Of a stretch of 64,000 bases of DNA, positions 63,014-64,000 are shown in pieces. The translations under genes and the position numbers were made by a program. The DNA is from an uncultured archaeon (GTDB taxonomy: Archaea > Asgardarchaeota > Lokiarchaeia > Sigyniarchaeales > SOKP01), in the NCBI GenBank assembly GCA_964486045.1, contig CAZALK010000005.1, positions 32,001 to 96,000 on the forward strand, written 5' to 3'. A model generated the notes under the pieces. It was given only the letters and a program-made list of their open reading frames with translations, was not told the origin of the DNA and did not search any database. Position 1 is the stretch's first letter. Every line of letters starts with the position of its first letter.

Positions 63014-64000
63014 CTATTGGAGGGTTATTTTCAAAAGATCTTTAGCTAAAATAGTGTTGGGAAAGATTTCTTTTGCCTCTTCAAGGAGTCCCAGGGCATC
63101 CTCTTGATATCTTGTTGAAATGTGAGTAAGAATTAACTGCTTTGCCTTCATCTCCTTGGCATCCATAGCAGCATCAACAGACGTTGAGTGTTTTTTTTCT
63201 TTCGCAATTTCAGCCAATTTTTCGGCGAATGTTGCTTCATGAATCAAAATATCTGAGTTATTACCTAAATCGATCAAGGATTTAGTTGGGCTTAAATCAC
63301 CAGAAAATGTTATTTTTCTCCCAGGCTTTTTTGGCCCGACAATTCCTTCTTTATTTGGATCAATTTTTTTTCCATTAAATTCAATAATTTCCCCTTCATG
63401 CAATTTTCTCCAAAGATTACTCTCGGGGATGCCTAACTCTCTTACTTTCTCAGGATTAAATTTTCCCAGACGAGGTTTTTCGATAAACGCATAAGCAAAA
63501 GTAATTATTGAATGATCAACTAAGGTAAATTTCACTGAAAAGTATTTCGAATCAAAAATCATATTATCCTTAATTTTAAGTTTTCTTTTAGGTATTTCAG
63601 ACTCTAGTCCTTCAAATTCCGTTATTTCATTCAATGAAGAGTTTATTTCAACAATAACAATGGGATAATTGGCTTTTAAACCAAGAATTTTTTTATGGGT
63701 ATAAAGATAGAGGAAGAGGTTTTGCGGTCCAAAAACCGTAAGAGGGGCAGTTCTATCGTTTAAACTTAAACGGAATAGAAATCCGGGAAGTCCAAGGATG
63801 TGATCTCCATGAAAATGGCTTATAAAAATCAATAAAGGTTTGTTAAATTTTAAGCCAGCTTCAGCAAATCTACGTTGGAAGTCTTCTCCACAATCAAACA
63901 ATATAATATGACTTCGATACCTAATAGCAATTGAAGATAGATTCCGTTCTCTTGTAGGAGTTGCTGCGGAGCTCCCTAAAATAATAAGGTCTAGACTCAT
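63014..64000 (-). CDS. rnz: Ribonuclease Z
   Basis: LGSSAATPTRERN, FDCGE, SHFHGDHILG, exosite GIP, SGD, HEATF, HST, LTHISTRY. Confidence 0.96.
   Translation of the reverse strand: MSLDLIILGSSAATPTRERNLSSIAIRYRSHIILFDCGEDFQRRFAEAGLKFNKPLLIFISHFHGDHILGLPGFLFRLSLNDRTAPLTVFGPQNLFLYLYTHKKILGLKANYPIVIVEINSSLNEITEFEGLESEIPKRKLKIKDNMIFDSKYFSVKFTLVDHSIITFAYAFIEKPRLGKFNPEKVRELGIPESNLWRKLHEGEIIEFNGKKIDPNKEGIVGPKKPGRKITFSGDLSPTKSLIDLGNNSDILIHEATFAEKLAEIAKEKKHSTSVDAAMDAKEMKAKQLILTHISTRYQEDALGLLEEAKEIFPNTILAKDLLKITLQ

Noticed and set aside
1-64000. CRISPR array, rRNA, integrase or transposase
   Set aside because: No regularly spaced repeats, rRNA-like tract or recombinase motifs seen

Overview
AT-rich archaeal chromosomal window, most consistent with an Asgard archaeon of Lokiarchaeia type. 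The basis for that is eS26/eL31/eL39/eIF6, TFB, archaeal DnaG, ArcS/RaSEA, Roadblock and longin-like proteins, expanded LRR and TPR families, and ACDS gamma. Core blocks: tRNA-Gly(UCC); nep1-rpp21-yhbY, divergent from rps19e-PDCD5-rpl39e-rpl31e-eIF6-LX-pfdA-ftsY-secE; dnaG; a Get3/ArsA ATPase; a SWIM+SNF2 pair; ahcY; arcS-raSEA; gar1-tfb; a Roadblock cluster; trmY; a CDP-alcohol phosphatidyltransferase; rps26e; mobB; cdhE; csp; rnz. Accessory or decayed zones lie at about 1-960, 2450-5050, 30.5-33.3 kb and 51.3-59.5 kb. Top finding: a tandem Lrp/AsnC regulator with a single TBP (TATA-binding protein) repeat inserted between its halves (20127-21425). Other notable observations: a 5.7-kb block bounded by ~109-bp direct repeats carrying two adjacent RxxxxH (HEPN-like) genes; LRR genes each converging on start-less C-terminal fragments; an extremely Trp/Tyr/Ile/Phe-rich surface protein; a ThiS/Ubl protein with a masked di-Gly; several apparent ATT starts; two genes with single in-frame stops; and several structured intergenic RNA candidates. 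All calls come from motif recognition by eye; no searches were run.
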